From Eledone cirrhosa (Eukaryota): a DNA stretch of 64,000 nt. Under the pieces are notes generated by a model, which had not been told where the DNA came from, did no database searches, and saw nothing but the letters and a program-made list of their open reading frames with translations. Shown piece after piece: positions 39,185 through 52,597 of this stretch. Positions within the stretch are counted from its first letter, which is position 1. Every line of letters begins with the position of its first letter. The position numbers and the translations under genes are program-made. Where the stretch lies: NCBI GenBank assembly GCA_964016885.1, contig OZ024752.1, positions 13,144,001 to 13,208,000 on the forward strand, read 5' to 3'.

Positions 39185-41712
39185 CTGTTCTTCCACGCTA
39201 GCATGGGTTAGACGGGTTGTCCTGTTGTGGGCGGTGTCCGGTCGGCTGACCTTGTCTTGCTCATACAGGAATTGATTCTGGCTTGATTTCTACAGCTGGA
39301 TGCCCTTCCTAACACCAACCTCATTTACAGTGAGTGCTAGGTGCTTTTTTTCCGTGGCGCCTACACGTCCACTTTACAGTGTGGGCTGGGTGCTTTTTTG
39401 CCGTGGCATCTCCACGACCACTTTGCAGTGGGAGCATATTGTCTATATGCTTCAGCTTCGGCTTGTACCCATGGGGGGTCAGATCTTCTGTATTACTGCA
39501 TGACGCCAGAGGTCATGGTCATGTGTCATTGCCTTTGAGAGATGTAATTGGGTAAGGTCGGCTTTTATCACCTCATCCCAGGTCTTCTTGGGTCTCCCCA
39601 CTCCGCGGTTTCCATCGACTTCTAGTGCTCTGCACCTTTTATGCAGCTGTCATCCTTCATATGCATCACATGTCCATACCAACACAACCGCCAATCCTGC
39701 AAACAGCATTTGATTCCTCTGATGCTCAGTCTCTCTCTCAATTCATTTATGCTTTGCCGTTTGTGTATATTACTATTACACATCCATTGTGGTTCGTTTC
39801 TTTGTAATCTACACAAGTCTTCCACGGACAGCGCCCAGGTCTCACTACCATGTAACATTGCTGTTCATATACACGCATCATACAGTCTGCCTTTCATTTT
39901 GAGGGAAAAGCCTTTTGCAGCTAGCAGTAGCTCCCTGAACTTCTTCCATCCCGTTCTTACCCTAGTTATTGTACTTTCTGAACACCCACCTGCGCTGCTA
40001 ATTCGGTCACCTAGGTAGCAGAAGCTGTCTACTGTTTCTACAGAGCCCTCCCAGAGATTGGTGGGACTTGTTACCTGTGGCTGTTTGCTGCTTGCTGTCC
40101 CAGCACAGCTGCTACATGTGAAGCCTACATTCTTAATTAAGCTTCCTGAGATCCCGCTACATCTCTTGTGTACCCATTGTTTGCATTTGGGGCAGAGAAT
40201 GGAGTTCCTACCTACACCTTTCCTACATACTGAGCAAGGCCATTTCCCTGAGGGGGATCTGGGTTCTGTTTTCTCATCTACTTACAAGGACCTTAGTCTT
40301 TGTCAGGTTGACTTTGAGACCCTTTCTTTCTAGTCCCTGCTTCCAAGTTTGGAATTTCTTCTCTAGTTCTACCATAGATTCAGCTATAAGTGCGAGGTCA
40401 TCAGCATTCATGAGTTCCCATGGGCATCCGGTCTTAAATTCCTCCGTTATTGCCTGCAGGACTATGATGAACAGGAGAGGGCTAAGAACAGAGCCCTGGT
40501 GGAAATCAACCTGTACACTAAATTCCTCGCTATACTCATTGCTAATCCTAACTTTTCTGACTGCTCCCCTATACATGGCTTGTACAGCTTTCACAAGCCA
40601 TTCATCTACTCCTAGTTTTCTAAGAGCCCACCAGATTATAGCACAGAGAACTCTGTCAAAGGTTTTCTCAAGATCGACGAATACCAGGTAGAGTGGCTTA
40701 CTTTTAGCTAGGTACTTTTCCTGTAACTGCCTCACAAGGAAGAGGGCATCAGTGGTGCCTCTTCCTGGCACAAACCCAAATTGCATCTCATCAAGTTTCA
40801 CCCGGTCCCTAATCAACTGTGCTATAACTCTTTCTGTTACTTTCATGACCTGGTCCATCTGCTTTATACCTCTATAGTTTCCTCTATCGAGTCAATGATG
40901 CTACTGCACCAATCCTTTGATATGATACCCTCTAGTATTACCTGATTAACAATATGTGTGGTTATGGTGTGACCTACAGACCCAGATGCCTTCAGTATCT
41001 CGGCAGCTATACCCGATGGACCGGTTGCCTTCCCCGTTTTCATATCTTTGATTGTCTTACTTACTACACTGCTGCTGACTTGTACTGCTGGCTCCTCTAT
41101 AAGGTCTACTTGGGGTAGGGTCTCTTCTTCCCATACATTCTCCTCATTGAGTAATCTATCATAATGGCTCTTCCACACATCTTTCTTCTCAGCACTTGTG
41201 AGGGCAAGCTCACCTTTATCATTTTGGATACACTTCTCTCCAATGACATCACAATTCTCTCTGACACACTGCCTCGCAATCTTGAACACTTCCTGTTTCT
41301 GGTCCTCACGTTACAAAACATGCTTGAATTTTCTATCCTCTGCTTCCCTCCTAGCTAAGTATACTTGTTTCCTAGCTTCCCTCTTGGTCTCTATGTAATG
41401 TATCCTGCTTCCCCCGTTCTTCCATTCTTTCCATGCCTGTCTCTTGGCCTTAACTGCCTCATCTACCTTATTATTCTACCACCAAGTCACTCGCCTCCTG
41501 CCGGTGGTCTTACTCCAGCCACAGATCTCATCCGTCGCCTCTAGTAAGTTATTTTTTAGGAACCCCCAGTGCTCTTCTATATTGAATGTCTCTATCTGTT
41601 CTTCTTTACTGTTGTAGGCGTTGAGTAAAATATCTTTAAATCTGTTACTGGCTGAGGGGTCTTTCAGCTTCCAGATCTTTCTTTCCAGGTTGGCTAACCA
41701 CTGTCTAACCAC
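39185..41712 (-). mobile_element. RTE LINE, 5'-truncated and degenerate
   Basis: QFGFVPGRGTTDA, FVDLEK.FD, QGSVLSPLLF, ADDL (40274..40858); HGSETW and WYGHV (39622..39858); 3' UTR resembles the SINE tail. Confidence 0.9.
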
Positions 41713-41771
41713 TGAAACTAGTTAAAGAATTAAAAAGAGATACTAAAGGTAGTTAATTTCTGCATACATAC

Positions 41772-41888
41772 CAAATTCTTTGGATACCACAAAAGGTTTT
41801 TTGGGTGAAAAGGTGTCTCAACAAATCCAATAGGTTCAAGTGTAAGGTCTTGAGTGAACTTAGAGAAAAACACAATGCAATCGTCTCC
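41772..41888 (-). CDS. CFAP44: CFAP44 exon: GDDCIVFFSKFTQDLTLEPIGFVETPFHPKNLLWYPKNL
   Basis: Hand-translated, 117 bp, phase 0 to 0; ctAG acceptor, GTATGT donor; VFF....PIG...TP....L.W motif. Confidence 0.88.
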
Positions 41889-41944
41889 CTAGTAATAAAT
41901 ATGCAGACATGATAAAAATTTAGTGTTAAGCATATTTTTTTAAT

Positions 41945-42111
41945 TACCGTATTAATGGCACTGAAGATGCTTCGTTCTTGAGGACGCACCCTAATTTTGT
42001 CAACCAAAAATTTGAAAAATAATAACAACCTTCGGCCTCCAGGACGCATGGTAGATTTTTGAGAGTTATTTTAGAAAAAAAGTAGAGTCTTCGACACTGG
42101 GAAATAAGGTA
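41945..42111. mobile_element. pogo/Tigger-like MITE (TA-CCGTATT...AATACGG-TA type); second copy at 47922-48093
   Basis: Two similar copies of about 170 bp with short TIRs and TA flanks. Confidence 0.65.
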
Positions 42112-42668
42112 ATTAAAAATATTGAACGTAGGCATATTTAAGAAGCCACTACAATGCAGATTAGTTAATAAATATTAACCCTACAGCATTTACATTACTC
42201 TATATTTACTTTTGTAATTTCACAGTAAACACTTTATTTCACATAATTATCTCACATAATATTGAATCAACAAGATTTTGATATCTATTTTGAGAACAAT
42301 ACCATAACATAAGTATGAGCAGCCAGTTACGACCAGTTTGAATAGAAAGAAGTGAGAGAATTCTGGCCATATATGGCCGGTTTAAATGCTAAAGAGTTAA
42401 GGTAACAAAGTCAGATAAGAGATGTAAAGATGAATGGGAGGAGGGAAAAAGAAAAAAATAATGAGAAGAAACAAGAGAGTTTGTTACCTCAATATATACA
42501 AACTCATTATTATTGGCTTCCTAAATATACACATTTGATGGGAGGACACATTAGTTGTTTCAAAGACATGATAACCTCGCTAGTCCTCGTGACCTACATG
42601 ATAAAAGCACCTAGTACAACTGTAGAAAGCTTTCCAAACTAATGGATGGGGGAACACTTTAGTTGTAT

Positions 42669-44057
42669 CAAGAACATGACAACTTCCCTATTGCTGGTGA
42701 TCTACACCAGGCATGTCAAACATGTGGCCCTTTACATGCACACCTGCCAAGAACATGACAACTTCCCTATTGCTGGTGATCTACACCAGGCATGTCAAAC
42801 ATGTGGCCCTTTACATGCACACCTGCCAAGAACATGACAACTTCCCTATTGCTGGTGATCTACACCAGGCATGTCAAACATGTGGCCCTTTACAAGCACA
42901 CCTGCCAAGAACATGACAACTTCCCTATTGCTGGTGATCTACACCAGGCATGTCAAACATGTGGCCCTTTACATGCACACCTGCCAAGAACATGACAACT
43001 TCCCTATTGCTGGTGATCTACACCAGGCATGTCAAACATGTGGCCCTTTACAAGCACACCTGCCAAGAACATGACAACTTCCCTATTGCTGGTGATCTAC
43101 ACCAGGCATGTCAAACATGTGGCCCTTTACAAGCACACCTGCCAAGAACATGACAACTTCCCTATTGTTGGTGATCTACACCAGGCATGTCAAACATGTG
43201 GCCCTTTACAAGCACACCTGCCAAGAACATGACAACTTCCCTATTGCTGGTGATCTACACCAGGCATGTCAAACATGTGGCCCTTTACAAGCACACCTGC
43301 CAAGAACATGACAACTTCCCTATTGTTGGTGATCTACACCAGGCATGTCAAACATGTGGCCCTTTACAAGCACACCTGCCAAGAACATGACAACTTCCCT
43401 ATTGTTGGTGATCTACACCAGGCATGTCAAACATGTGGCCCTTTACAAGCACACCTGCCAAGAACATGACAACTTCCCTATTGCTGGTGATCTACACCAG
43501 GCATGTCAAACATGTGGCCCTTTACAAGCACACCTGCCAAGAACATGACAACTTCCCTATTGTTGGTGATCTACACCAGGCATGTCAAACATGTGGCCCT
43601 TTACAAGCACACCTGCCAAGAACATGACAACTTCCCTATTGTTGGTGATCTACACCAGGCATGTCAAACATGTGGCCCTTTACAAGCACACCTGCCAAGA
43701 ACATGACAACTTCCCTATTGCTGGTGATCTACACCAGGCATGTCAAACATGTGGCCCTTTACAAGCACACCTGCCAAGAACATGACAACTTCCCTATTGC
43801 TGGTGATCTACACCAGGCATGTCAAACATGTGGCCCTTTACAAGCACACCTGCCAAGAACATGACAACTTCCCTATTGCTGGTGATCTACACCAGGCATG
43901 TCAAACATGTGGCCCTTTACATGCACACCTGCCAAGAACATGACAACTTCCCTATTGCTGGTGATCTACACCAGGCATGTCAAACATGTGGCCCTTTACA
44001 AGCACACCTGCCAAGAACATGACAACTTCCCTATTGCTGGCCCTTTACAAGCACACC
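42669..44057. repeat. 79-bp tandem array, about 17 copies, spanning a hAT MITE left junction
   Basis: Each unit contains flank, TSD ATCTACAC and TIR CAGGCATGTCAAAC. Confidence 0.95.
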
Positions 44058-44214
44058 AGTTCGCACAAAGGTTTTTACAGTGCGAGCATCTTTTATCTTC
44101 GTAATATAAAATTTAAAAAATTAGTTGTAATTTGCGCAATTAGTTGTCGTGTGTGGCCCTCAGACAACATGTGACCCATGCGGCCCTTAAAAGACCCTCA
44201 GTTTGACATGCCTG
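42708..44214. mobile_element. hAT-type MITE, 14-bp TIR CAGGCATGTCAAAC, 8-bp TSD ATCTACAC
   Basis: Right TIR GTTTGACATGCCTG at 44201-44214 followed by ATCTACAC; the same 8-mer precedes every left TIR copy. Confidence 0.85.
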
Positions 44215-44557
44215 ATCTACACAATAAAAGCACCCAGTACATGCTGTAAAGTGGTTGTTGTTAAAAAGAGCATCCAACTATAAACAGGTGGCCAGACAAG
44301 GAGTTGGGAGGACACTTCAGTTGTGTCAATAGACAACACAACTTCTCCTCTGCACTCGATAGAATGTATGACCATAAGTTAGTAGGATGCAGACACCTCT
44401 GCATGTCTGGGAGTTCAGTAGCCCTGCTTCAGTACTGACCTGGTCTATGTAGACCAGTGCAACCCTTTCTGGTAGGGAGAGTTTACATTAAACAATGATG
44501 AGGATTTCATATTCCACATTGCCTGAAGCAAACTACAGTACTCCCTTAACATTTTAC

Positions 44558-45060
44558 CATTTACATTACTCTATATATACTATTGTATTTTCACGGTAAA
44601 AGTTTTATCTCACATAACATTTACATTACTCTATATATACTATTGTATTTTCATGGTAAAGGCTTTACCTCACATAATATCTCACATAACATTTACATTA
44701 CTCTATATATACTATTGTATTTTCATGGTAAAGGCTTTACCTCACATAATATCTCACATAACATTTACATTACTCTATATATACTATTGTATTTTCACGG
44801 TAAAGGTTTTATCTCACATAATATCTCACATAACATTTACATTACTCTATATATACTATTGTATTTTCACGGTAAAAGTTTTATCTCACATAATATCTCA
44901 CATAACATTTACATTACTCTATATATACTATTGTATTTTCACGGTAAAGGTTTTATCTCACATAATATCTCACATAACATTTACATTACTCTATATTTAC
45001 TATTGTATTTTCAAGGTAAAGGTTTTATCTCACATAATATCGAATCTATGAGATTTTGAT
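44558..45060. repeat. 72-bp tandem repeat (about 7 copies) from the piggyBac-like MITE subterminal sequence
   Basis: Unit catttacattactctatatatactattgtattttcacggtaaaggttttatctcacataatatctcacataa matches the MITE interior (for example 57529-57602). Confidence 0.88.
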
Positions 45061-45468
45061 GATGATATTATTTGAGACACATAGGATGTGGCTCATCATA
45101 AAATGGGTGGCACTACTAAAACATTCAAGGCAATTTTGAAATTAGGTGTGCCACAAGAAAACCAAATGTGCCTCAGTTTGCCCATGACAACTAGAATATT
45201 AACCCTTTAGTATTTACATTACTTTATATTTACTATTATATTTTCACAGTAAAGGCTTTATCTCACATAATATCGAATCTATGAGATTTTGATATTGTTT
45301 ATTTTCAGAAGAATACCTTAACATAAGTATGAATGGCCAGTTACAGCTTGTTTGAATAGAAAGGGATGAGAGAATTCTGGCCAGATAGGGCTGGTTTAAA
45401 TGCTAAAGAGTTAAAAATATTATTTTATACAAGTAACAAATAAAAAAAATGGGGTATGGTATACATAC

Positions 45469-45675
45469 TGTTGTTGCCACTAGAGTTTCCTCTTTGTTGA
45501 ACTCCACTGAGCGTATACACATTTTATGTAGCTTAACCACCTGGTACAGCTGCATGTCACAAGCTGCATGTTTTGTTCTGCGAGTAGTATTCTCATCAGC
45601 TGGTTTGCATATTTCAAAGAGACGCACAACACCATCTTCAAAACCAACAATTATAAGAGATCCCTTTGGGCATAA
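45469..45675 (-). CDS. CFAP44: CFAP44 exon: LCPKGSLIIVGFEDGVVRLFEI...KEETLVATT
   Basis: Within ORF 45403..45834; IIVGFEDGVVR motif; tacAG acceptor, GTATGT donor, 207 bp. Confidence 0.93.
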
Positions 45676-48600
45676 CTGTAATGAAAGCAGAATTCTTGAC
45701 ACTCCTGTGAAACTTTGTAGAAAGATAAAACATAACTTTGATAGGTTTAGGCCAGTATTGGCCCAGGCTATGTCTAACTTAATAACACCACTTGGTGAAG
45801 TCATGCAAATCAGGATTTGGGCACCATGGCCCACTCAAGTAGAGAGTTATTGATTACGGAGACATAACCGGGTGTAGGAGGTTTATCTGGGATTTCTTGA
45901 AGGAATTTGTCCAAAGACTGTCTTGTTCAGCCTCAGAATCTAACAACTTATCTAACAATTCAAGCGTGGAAAATAAATGTAAAATAGTGATGATGATAAT
46001 GATGGTGATGATGATGACAATGACTTATTTAGGGGTAGAATTAACCTAGATAGCACATGGATTTAGCAAATTGTGAACTATTTCTCAGCAGAGCTGTTCT
46101 ACTAAAGAACGGGTAGCAGGTGGCAGATAGCAACACAGTCACCAGATAGGATGGTTAGTTGCGATATAAACGAGGTTCTGCTAGACAAATAAGCATCGGT
46201 GGACCAATAGCAATAAACTACTAGGAGAGATGGAGCAATGGGTGACAACTGTAGCTCCCAAGAAAACTCTCACAACCCAGTGTTGTAGCTATGATGAGGT
46301 GAATAAAGGCTGCCTCTGGGTCTGAGAAAAGTACCAAATTGGTGACTAGCACAAATGTAACCACCAAAACACTGCAATATGGCAAAACACAAAGGCAATA
46401 AACTATTTATATATACAATACTTAATTCTAGTAGCGCTGGTGGCATCAGGGGATACTGTAGTAATGATAATGGGGTTGATAAATGTGTCTGAACACAGAA
46501 GAACCTATGTATGTATGCATGTATGAATGAATACAATATATATATGTATATATGTATGTATGTCAGGTCACCAGTTGGTGCTACTGGTAACATGTATCCC
46601 AGTACAACCTGTCTCATGGTCAGGTCGTTGGCGACTAAACTGGCAACCCCACCAAGGTTTCTTGGTGAGGAGGGTGACTTTGGAAATCCTGCAGGACTAA
46701 AAACAAAACCTGTCAAAGGAGTTCTTAAGAGTCAATGGCCATCCAAAATCACTGGGAGAGATGACCCCTTAGCCTTTGTCAAGGCAGAATTCTAGGAGAA
46801 GGAAAACTCTGATATAACACCTGCAACCCTGATGGTATCCAATGATGTTGACTTGTTCTTCTTTTTGGTAAATATCATCTTGGTTAAGAGAGTGGGACTG
46901 GCTTTGTGCAGTGCCTTTGCTCACTATAAAAGCTTCACGGCACAGGCATTACTTTATATCTGGAGATCTCTCTGCACTTGTCATTACATGGTACCATCGG
47001 CCCAGCACTATGTGTCAATAATTGTCACAAATGTAGTGTTTGTACCAGAGTTTTCAAATCACTGGCTGGACTAAAAAGTCACACTCGTTCAGCGCATCGG
47101 TAGGGGTTCTCCTACATGGATATAAAGTAGTGGCCGTACTCGAAAACGAGTTGGCAGCCACCATGTATGTATGTATGTGTGTGTCCATGTATGTATGCAA
47201 CTTTCCAATTTGAGACAAAGTCTCTAGATATATACAGGAATCGCAAACACAAGGTTCTAACAACGATTGCTAAGTAAAAACCACTACCTCCCTATGGGCA
47301 GCTGACGCTGCACGCCAGGTCTGAACACAGAAGAGCCGAACTCCCACTGTCATTGCCTCCATCTCTCTCGCCCTCCCCATCTCTCTGTATTGTGAGCAAA
47401 TGGGGTCCCATGTGCTGGCCGCCTCACAGCCCCGACTGACAGAATGGAGAAGGCGTTTCCCCGGAGGATGATAAGGGAGATGGGCTGGAAGAGCCATTCC
47501 ATCTCGCGAGGCTCACACCTGGGGCTGGCCAGCTCAGCGCCTATGGAGATATTGTCTGATGGTCTCTAGTAATTTAATATTATTTCTGCAATAAATACCT
47601 CAGCGTCCAGTTGTAAATGAAGGTTAGAGCAATGACTGCATAATGAATTTAATCATTTCTACCATAACCGTGTTTGCTTCATTAAATGCACCCAGTCCAC
47701 TCTGTAAAGTATACCCTGTAAGGTGGTTGGTGTTAGGAATGGCAACCAGTCAGATAAATTATTCCAAATATTGAATGTACGAGTGAAATGGGGTCATTGC
47801 AACCCATTTGGTCTTGACCTATGGCAACCCATCCAAACCATGCAAGTGGTTTCATTTAGAGTTACGTTTAAAGAGATGTAAGTGAGCAGGGTGGGTTGGA
47901 AAAAAATCTGAAAAAAAAAACTACCATATTTTCCGGCGCTGAAGACACTTCATCCTCCAGGATGCACCCTAATTCTGACAACCAAAAATTTGAAAGAAAA
48001 TAATAAACAACCTATGGCCTCGAGGATGCATGGTAGATTTTTGAGGCCTATTTTAGGGAAAAAATAGCGTCTTTGACACCAGGAAATACGGTAACAAGAG
48101 GGGGAAATGGGCAATTATTCTAGACTCAATAGTACAACTTCATGAAATAAAAAAAATTAAAAATATAAATGGATTAAAAAAAAAAGTAAATTTGACAACT
48201 GAAACTAAAAATAAAATAATGGTAGAAAAATATTTTATAAAAAAAAAAAATCAGGATAAAGCCTGAAACTTAATTTAATAAAGATTTACATGATGAGGAT
48301 AAGAAGTGTGAAATATTCTGAATTATAAAGAAGTATGTTGGTTTGAATTAGGATGCTATTAGATAAAAACATGCATGCATGGTCTCGTAACTCCTAAGAG
48401 AGTCGTAGGGGTGCCATATTGATATACAGCATTTCTAGGGCATTTTGAAACCTGGCAGACCCCAATCCTCTCCAGATTTGAATATAATAGGTTTCTTCCA
48501 GAGAAGGATGCAGAGTGAAAGGATGGAAGTGAAAAAGATAGGTAGAGGAAGAATCAATGTCAGTACTAGCAAACCTAGACTAAATAGGCAAATGGCTAAG

Positions 48601-49867
48601 AAGTTTGCTTCGGAATCATTAGGTCAGGGTTTCGATCCCTCCCCTGCATGGATTCTTGTGCAAGTGTTATTTACCATAGCTTCGGATCAACCCATGCTTT
48701 GCAAGTGAAATTTGGTAGATGGAAACTGTATAAAAGCCTGTCAGTTGGATTGTACATGTAATTCAAAGGGCCAGCCTTGTTACACAACATGTCATGCTGA
48801 ATGAGAATTATGTCAAGGTTACAAGCATCTGAAGAATGCTCAGCCACTTACATGTTAATTTCATGAGCGGGTTGCTCCTTTGATCTAACGATGGGGACAT
48901 TCAATGTTGAAAGCAATGGATGTCCATTGAGTAATCATCTGCCCTAATACATAACTGGTGTGTTAACCATTAGGGCTAAAGAAATAAAGTGCTACAATAA
49001 GAGGTTATTGAATGAGGAATATAGGTGTGAAAGTGAAAGGCTTTCTCACCTGTAACTAATGAAATAATGAGCTACTGAGGTTAATTACAGTATGTTTGTA
49101 ATAGTGGTAAGAAACTCTCAGGAGAGCTGGACAACAGAAGGTCTTCAGAGAAGAAACCCCATCTCAAGTGAGTGTTTCAGCCCTTAACTTCTGGGCTGAA
49201 ACACTCACTTGAGTTTAACTACAGTATGTTTGTAATACTATCGAAGAGGTGAAGACGGGGAAAGCAGTTGAGACAGCAGAGGTTTTTACTTGAGGAGGTC
49301 GTAATATCATTTCCAGCTGCTATAATAACTATAATAAATGCTTCAAACTGATGACCAAGTATTGAAAGTATTTCAGAGAATTTTAGCAAAGTAAATTCAA
49401 GATATGGTTAACCTTGATGAAATAAATTTGGGTTTGTGCTTGAACATGGAATCATAGATGCTATATCTTTCATGAAGCAGCAACAAAAGAAGTAAAAATA
49501 GGTGTCCATTGGACTCTGTCCTCACCCTACTTTTATTCAATATATTTAATGAAGGAATAACTTATTGGTTTGGGAAATTTCGTCATTGATTTGTAGTAAT
49601 TGATACGTCTTTCTTTAACCATTTGACAAGATCCCTGATCTCTTTCACTTACCAAGTAGGGTGGAACTCATTACTGATACTAGCAACCTGCCACAAATTC
49701 TGGCAGAAAGAGCAATATGAAATAAAATGGCTTGCCCACCTGGTCCAGGAATCAAACTCACAACCTCACAATTGCAAGTCCAATTCTCTAACCACTAAGC
49801 CACACATCTTCACAAAATCTCTACTAGGATCTAATATTTCTGACTGGTTATATAAAAGACTTCTTAC

Positions 49868-49962
49868 CTTTTTTGAAATCCAGATCAAACATGTCCCTCC
49901 AGCAACAAACCTGTTTTCACATAACTGTTTGCAACCATCAATATCAAATATACGGATAGTGT
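49868..49962 (-). CDS. CFAP44: CFAP44 exon: (H)TIRIFDIDGCKQLCENRFVAGGTCLIWISKK
   Basis: ttttgcAG acceptor, GTAAG donor, 95 bp, phase 1 to 0, fits both neighbours; GGT.L.W motif. Confidence 0.9.
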
Positions 49963-50204
49963 CTGCAAAATAGCATCAGTATACATAAATATCAACCCTT
50001 TTCACAATAAACTGCTTGAAACTGAACTTGGTTCTATAATACAAAACTGTTAATTTTAAAGTGATTATATTTAGCCTCTAAACCCCAGATAAATAATGAG
50101 AATGTTAGCAGTTTTAGTAAACCCTTCCAAATTCATAACTGTTTTGAAAATTAATTGGATATCATATCGTGACAAACCTTACCTATAATACAAGTGAGCA
50201 AATT

Positions 50205-50550
50205 GGGGTTTCTCCGATGGGCCCTTGGAATAACGTTACTCGACAGTGCATAGTTCAGAGATAAGTGAGTTGCTCCAGGTAGCGCTGCTACTTCTCTGAA
50301 TTGAGAGATCACAGCTCCGATTCTTTGGGCATGTAGTTATAATGTCTCAGGAAAGAGTCAATGAACAGATTTTACTTGCAAAACCAAGCGGCAGGAGACC
50401 CAGGGATAGACCCCGAGAAAGATGGTTGGATAACATCCATGAGGCTGGCTGGTCTTGTTTGGGGATCTAGCCAGATTAGTTGGAGATGGTTGCTTCTGAT
50501 AGGACCCACTGGAAGGAGTGTTTGAGGGCTCTTCCCCCCACAACCCTCTG
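50205..50550 (+). mobile_element. RTE-like LINE 3' fragment; related inverted copy at about 60040-60350
   Basis: IERSQ...GHVV...GRRPR.RWLDNI peptide (ORF 60045..60332); the two loci are similar in reverse complement. Confidence 0.65.
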
Positions 50551-51884
50551 GAATAAATGGGCAAAGTAGAAGAATTGGATATCATAGGTATTCCCTTAGA
50601 AACATAAAGAATCCTGTCACCTATCCCTATTTTACAGGGAGTACTAGGTACAAAATCAAATCTAAAAAGAAATTAACCCCTAAACCATTTATGCATCTGC
50701 AACATAAGGCTAGAACATCTTAATACACCTCTAATGACCTATTACTTTGTTCCCCTATTATAAGACCTACTTCAAAAGTAAACCCTAGTATGATTTTTAT
50801 GTTGCTGTACAATATAAGCCCTACCCCAAAGCCTTTTTGCCCCCAGCACATTTTTGCAAAAAAATTAATATAAAAATAATATAAAAAGTAGATTCCCAGA
50901 GTTTTGCCGATTACAAATATAATAAATTGCTTTAATGATATTGTTTCTAACTCTTTAACAAAGGTCTGGTAAGATACCAGGTGGACCATAACGCAACCCA
51001 AGTACTCAATACTTAGGGTAGTATCGAGTACTCTGGTGCGTTATGGTCCACCTGGTATCTTACCTGCTCGTATCTAGCTGTCGAAATGGCCGGAGCTCAG
51101 CCGTCGGGGTTCTAACTCTTTACCTATTTTAACTATAATATATATCCTTTTATCAAATAATTCTTTCTACTTTTAGCACAAGGCCAGCCATTTGAAAGGG
51201 AAGGGAAAGTCGATTAAACCAACCCCAGTGTATTACTGGTGCTTTATTTTACAGACCGCGTAAGGATGAAAGGCAAAGCTCACCTCGGCGGGATTTGAAC
51301 TCAGAACATAAAGGGCCGTAACTTCATGCTGTGAAGCAGGGTGTCCGACGCTCTGACGACACTGTTAATCCACTGTTGAACTCAATTTAATATTGATGCT
51401 CTCATGATCATCATCATCGTTTAACGTCCATCTTCCATGCTAGCATGGGTTATACGGGTTTGTCCCATTTAGAGGCAAGTTGGGTCGAGTGACCATGTCT
51501 CCCTCATATAGAACTGTTTCTGGCTGGTTTTCTACGCTTGGATGCCCTTCCTAGCGCCAACCACATTTACAGTATGTGCTGGGTACTTTTTGCCATGTCT
51601 TTTACATGACCACTTTACAGTGTGGGATGGATGTTTACGTCCATTTTTCATGCTAGTATGGGTTAGACAGGTTGTCCTGTTGTGGGCAATACTAGGTCAG
51701 GTGACCATGTCGTGCTCATACAGGACTGATTCTGGCTTGGTTTCTACAGATGGATGCCCTTCCTAACGCCAACCTCATTTACAGTGAGTACTGGGTGCTT
51801 TTTGTTGTGATGCCTACACAACCTCTTTACAGGTAAAAATAATATAAGACCTCTCTTAAAAAGAGAATGTTGAAGGTTACTCAC

Positions 51885-52032
51885 GATCGACTCCAGTTGT
51901 GGCCACAAGGTTAGCTACTGGACTGCAGTCTATAGCTGTTATGGCCCCAGCATGGAAGGAAAACAGCTTCTTTGGTGCCCGAGATGTGTGAGAAAAGGTT
52001 AGATCCAGCCCCCAAATTCCACCGCAAGCATC
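51885..52032 (-). CDS. CFAP44: CFAP44 exon: DACGGIWGLDLTFSHTSRAPKKLFSFHAGAI...ATTGVD
   Basis: Within ORF 51877..52194; ctttccAG acceptor, GTGAG donor, 148 bp, phase 0 to 1. Confidence 0.93.
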
Positions 52033-52139
52033 CTGGAAAGAGAAATGTGAAAATATGAAAGCGAGCAGGCTTAGTGTGGCTGTGCCATGACAGTAGGTTC
52101 TACCACTGGATGTATGACCATAGGGTGTGTCATGATAGT

Positions 52140-52597
52140 ATGTCACAATAGGGTGTACCACCAGGGGATGTGCCACAACAGAATGTGCAACCAAAGGGGA
52201 AGTGTATCACCACAGTATGTGTGCCACCAAAGGTGAAGTGTGCCACCAAGGGGGAAGTGTGTCACCACAGCAGGTGTGCTACCGAAGGGTAAGTGTGTCA
52301 CCACAGAATGTGTGCTACCGAAGGGTAAGTGTGGTAACACAGGGTGTGTGCCATCAAAGGGTAACTGTGCCACCACAAGGTCTGTGTCACGAAAGGGTAA
52401 GTGTGTCACCACAAGGTGTGTCACGAAAGGGTGTGTCACAAAAGGGTGAGTGTGCCACGAAAGGGTGAGTGTGCCACGAAAGGGTGAGTGTGCCACGAAA
52501 GGGTGAGTGTGTCACGAAAGGGTGAGTGTGTCACCACAAGATGTGTGCCACCAAAGGATATGTCACCACAAGGTGTGTCACCAAAGGTTGAGTGCCC
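52140..52597. repeat. degenerate minisatellite of about 20 bp (gtgtgccacgaaagggtga)
   Basis: Seen directly. Confidence 0.85.

Noticed and set aside
46565-46660. HDV-like ribozyme resemblance in a probable LINE 5' UTR
   Set aside because: P2-, P3- and P4-like pairings and CTAA are present, but I could not find a P1 helix; a descriptor search is needed.
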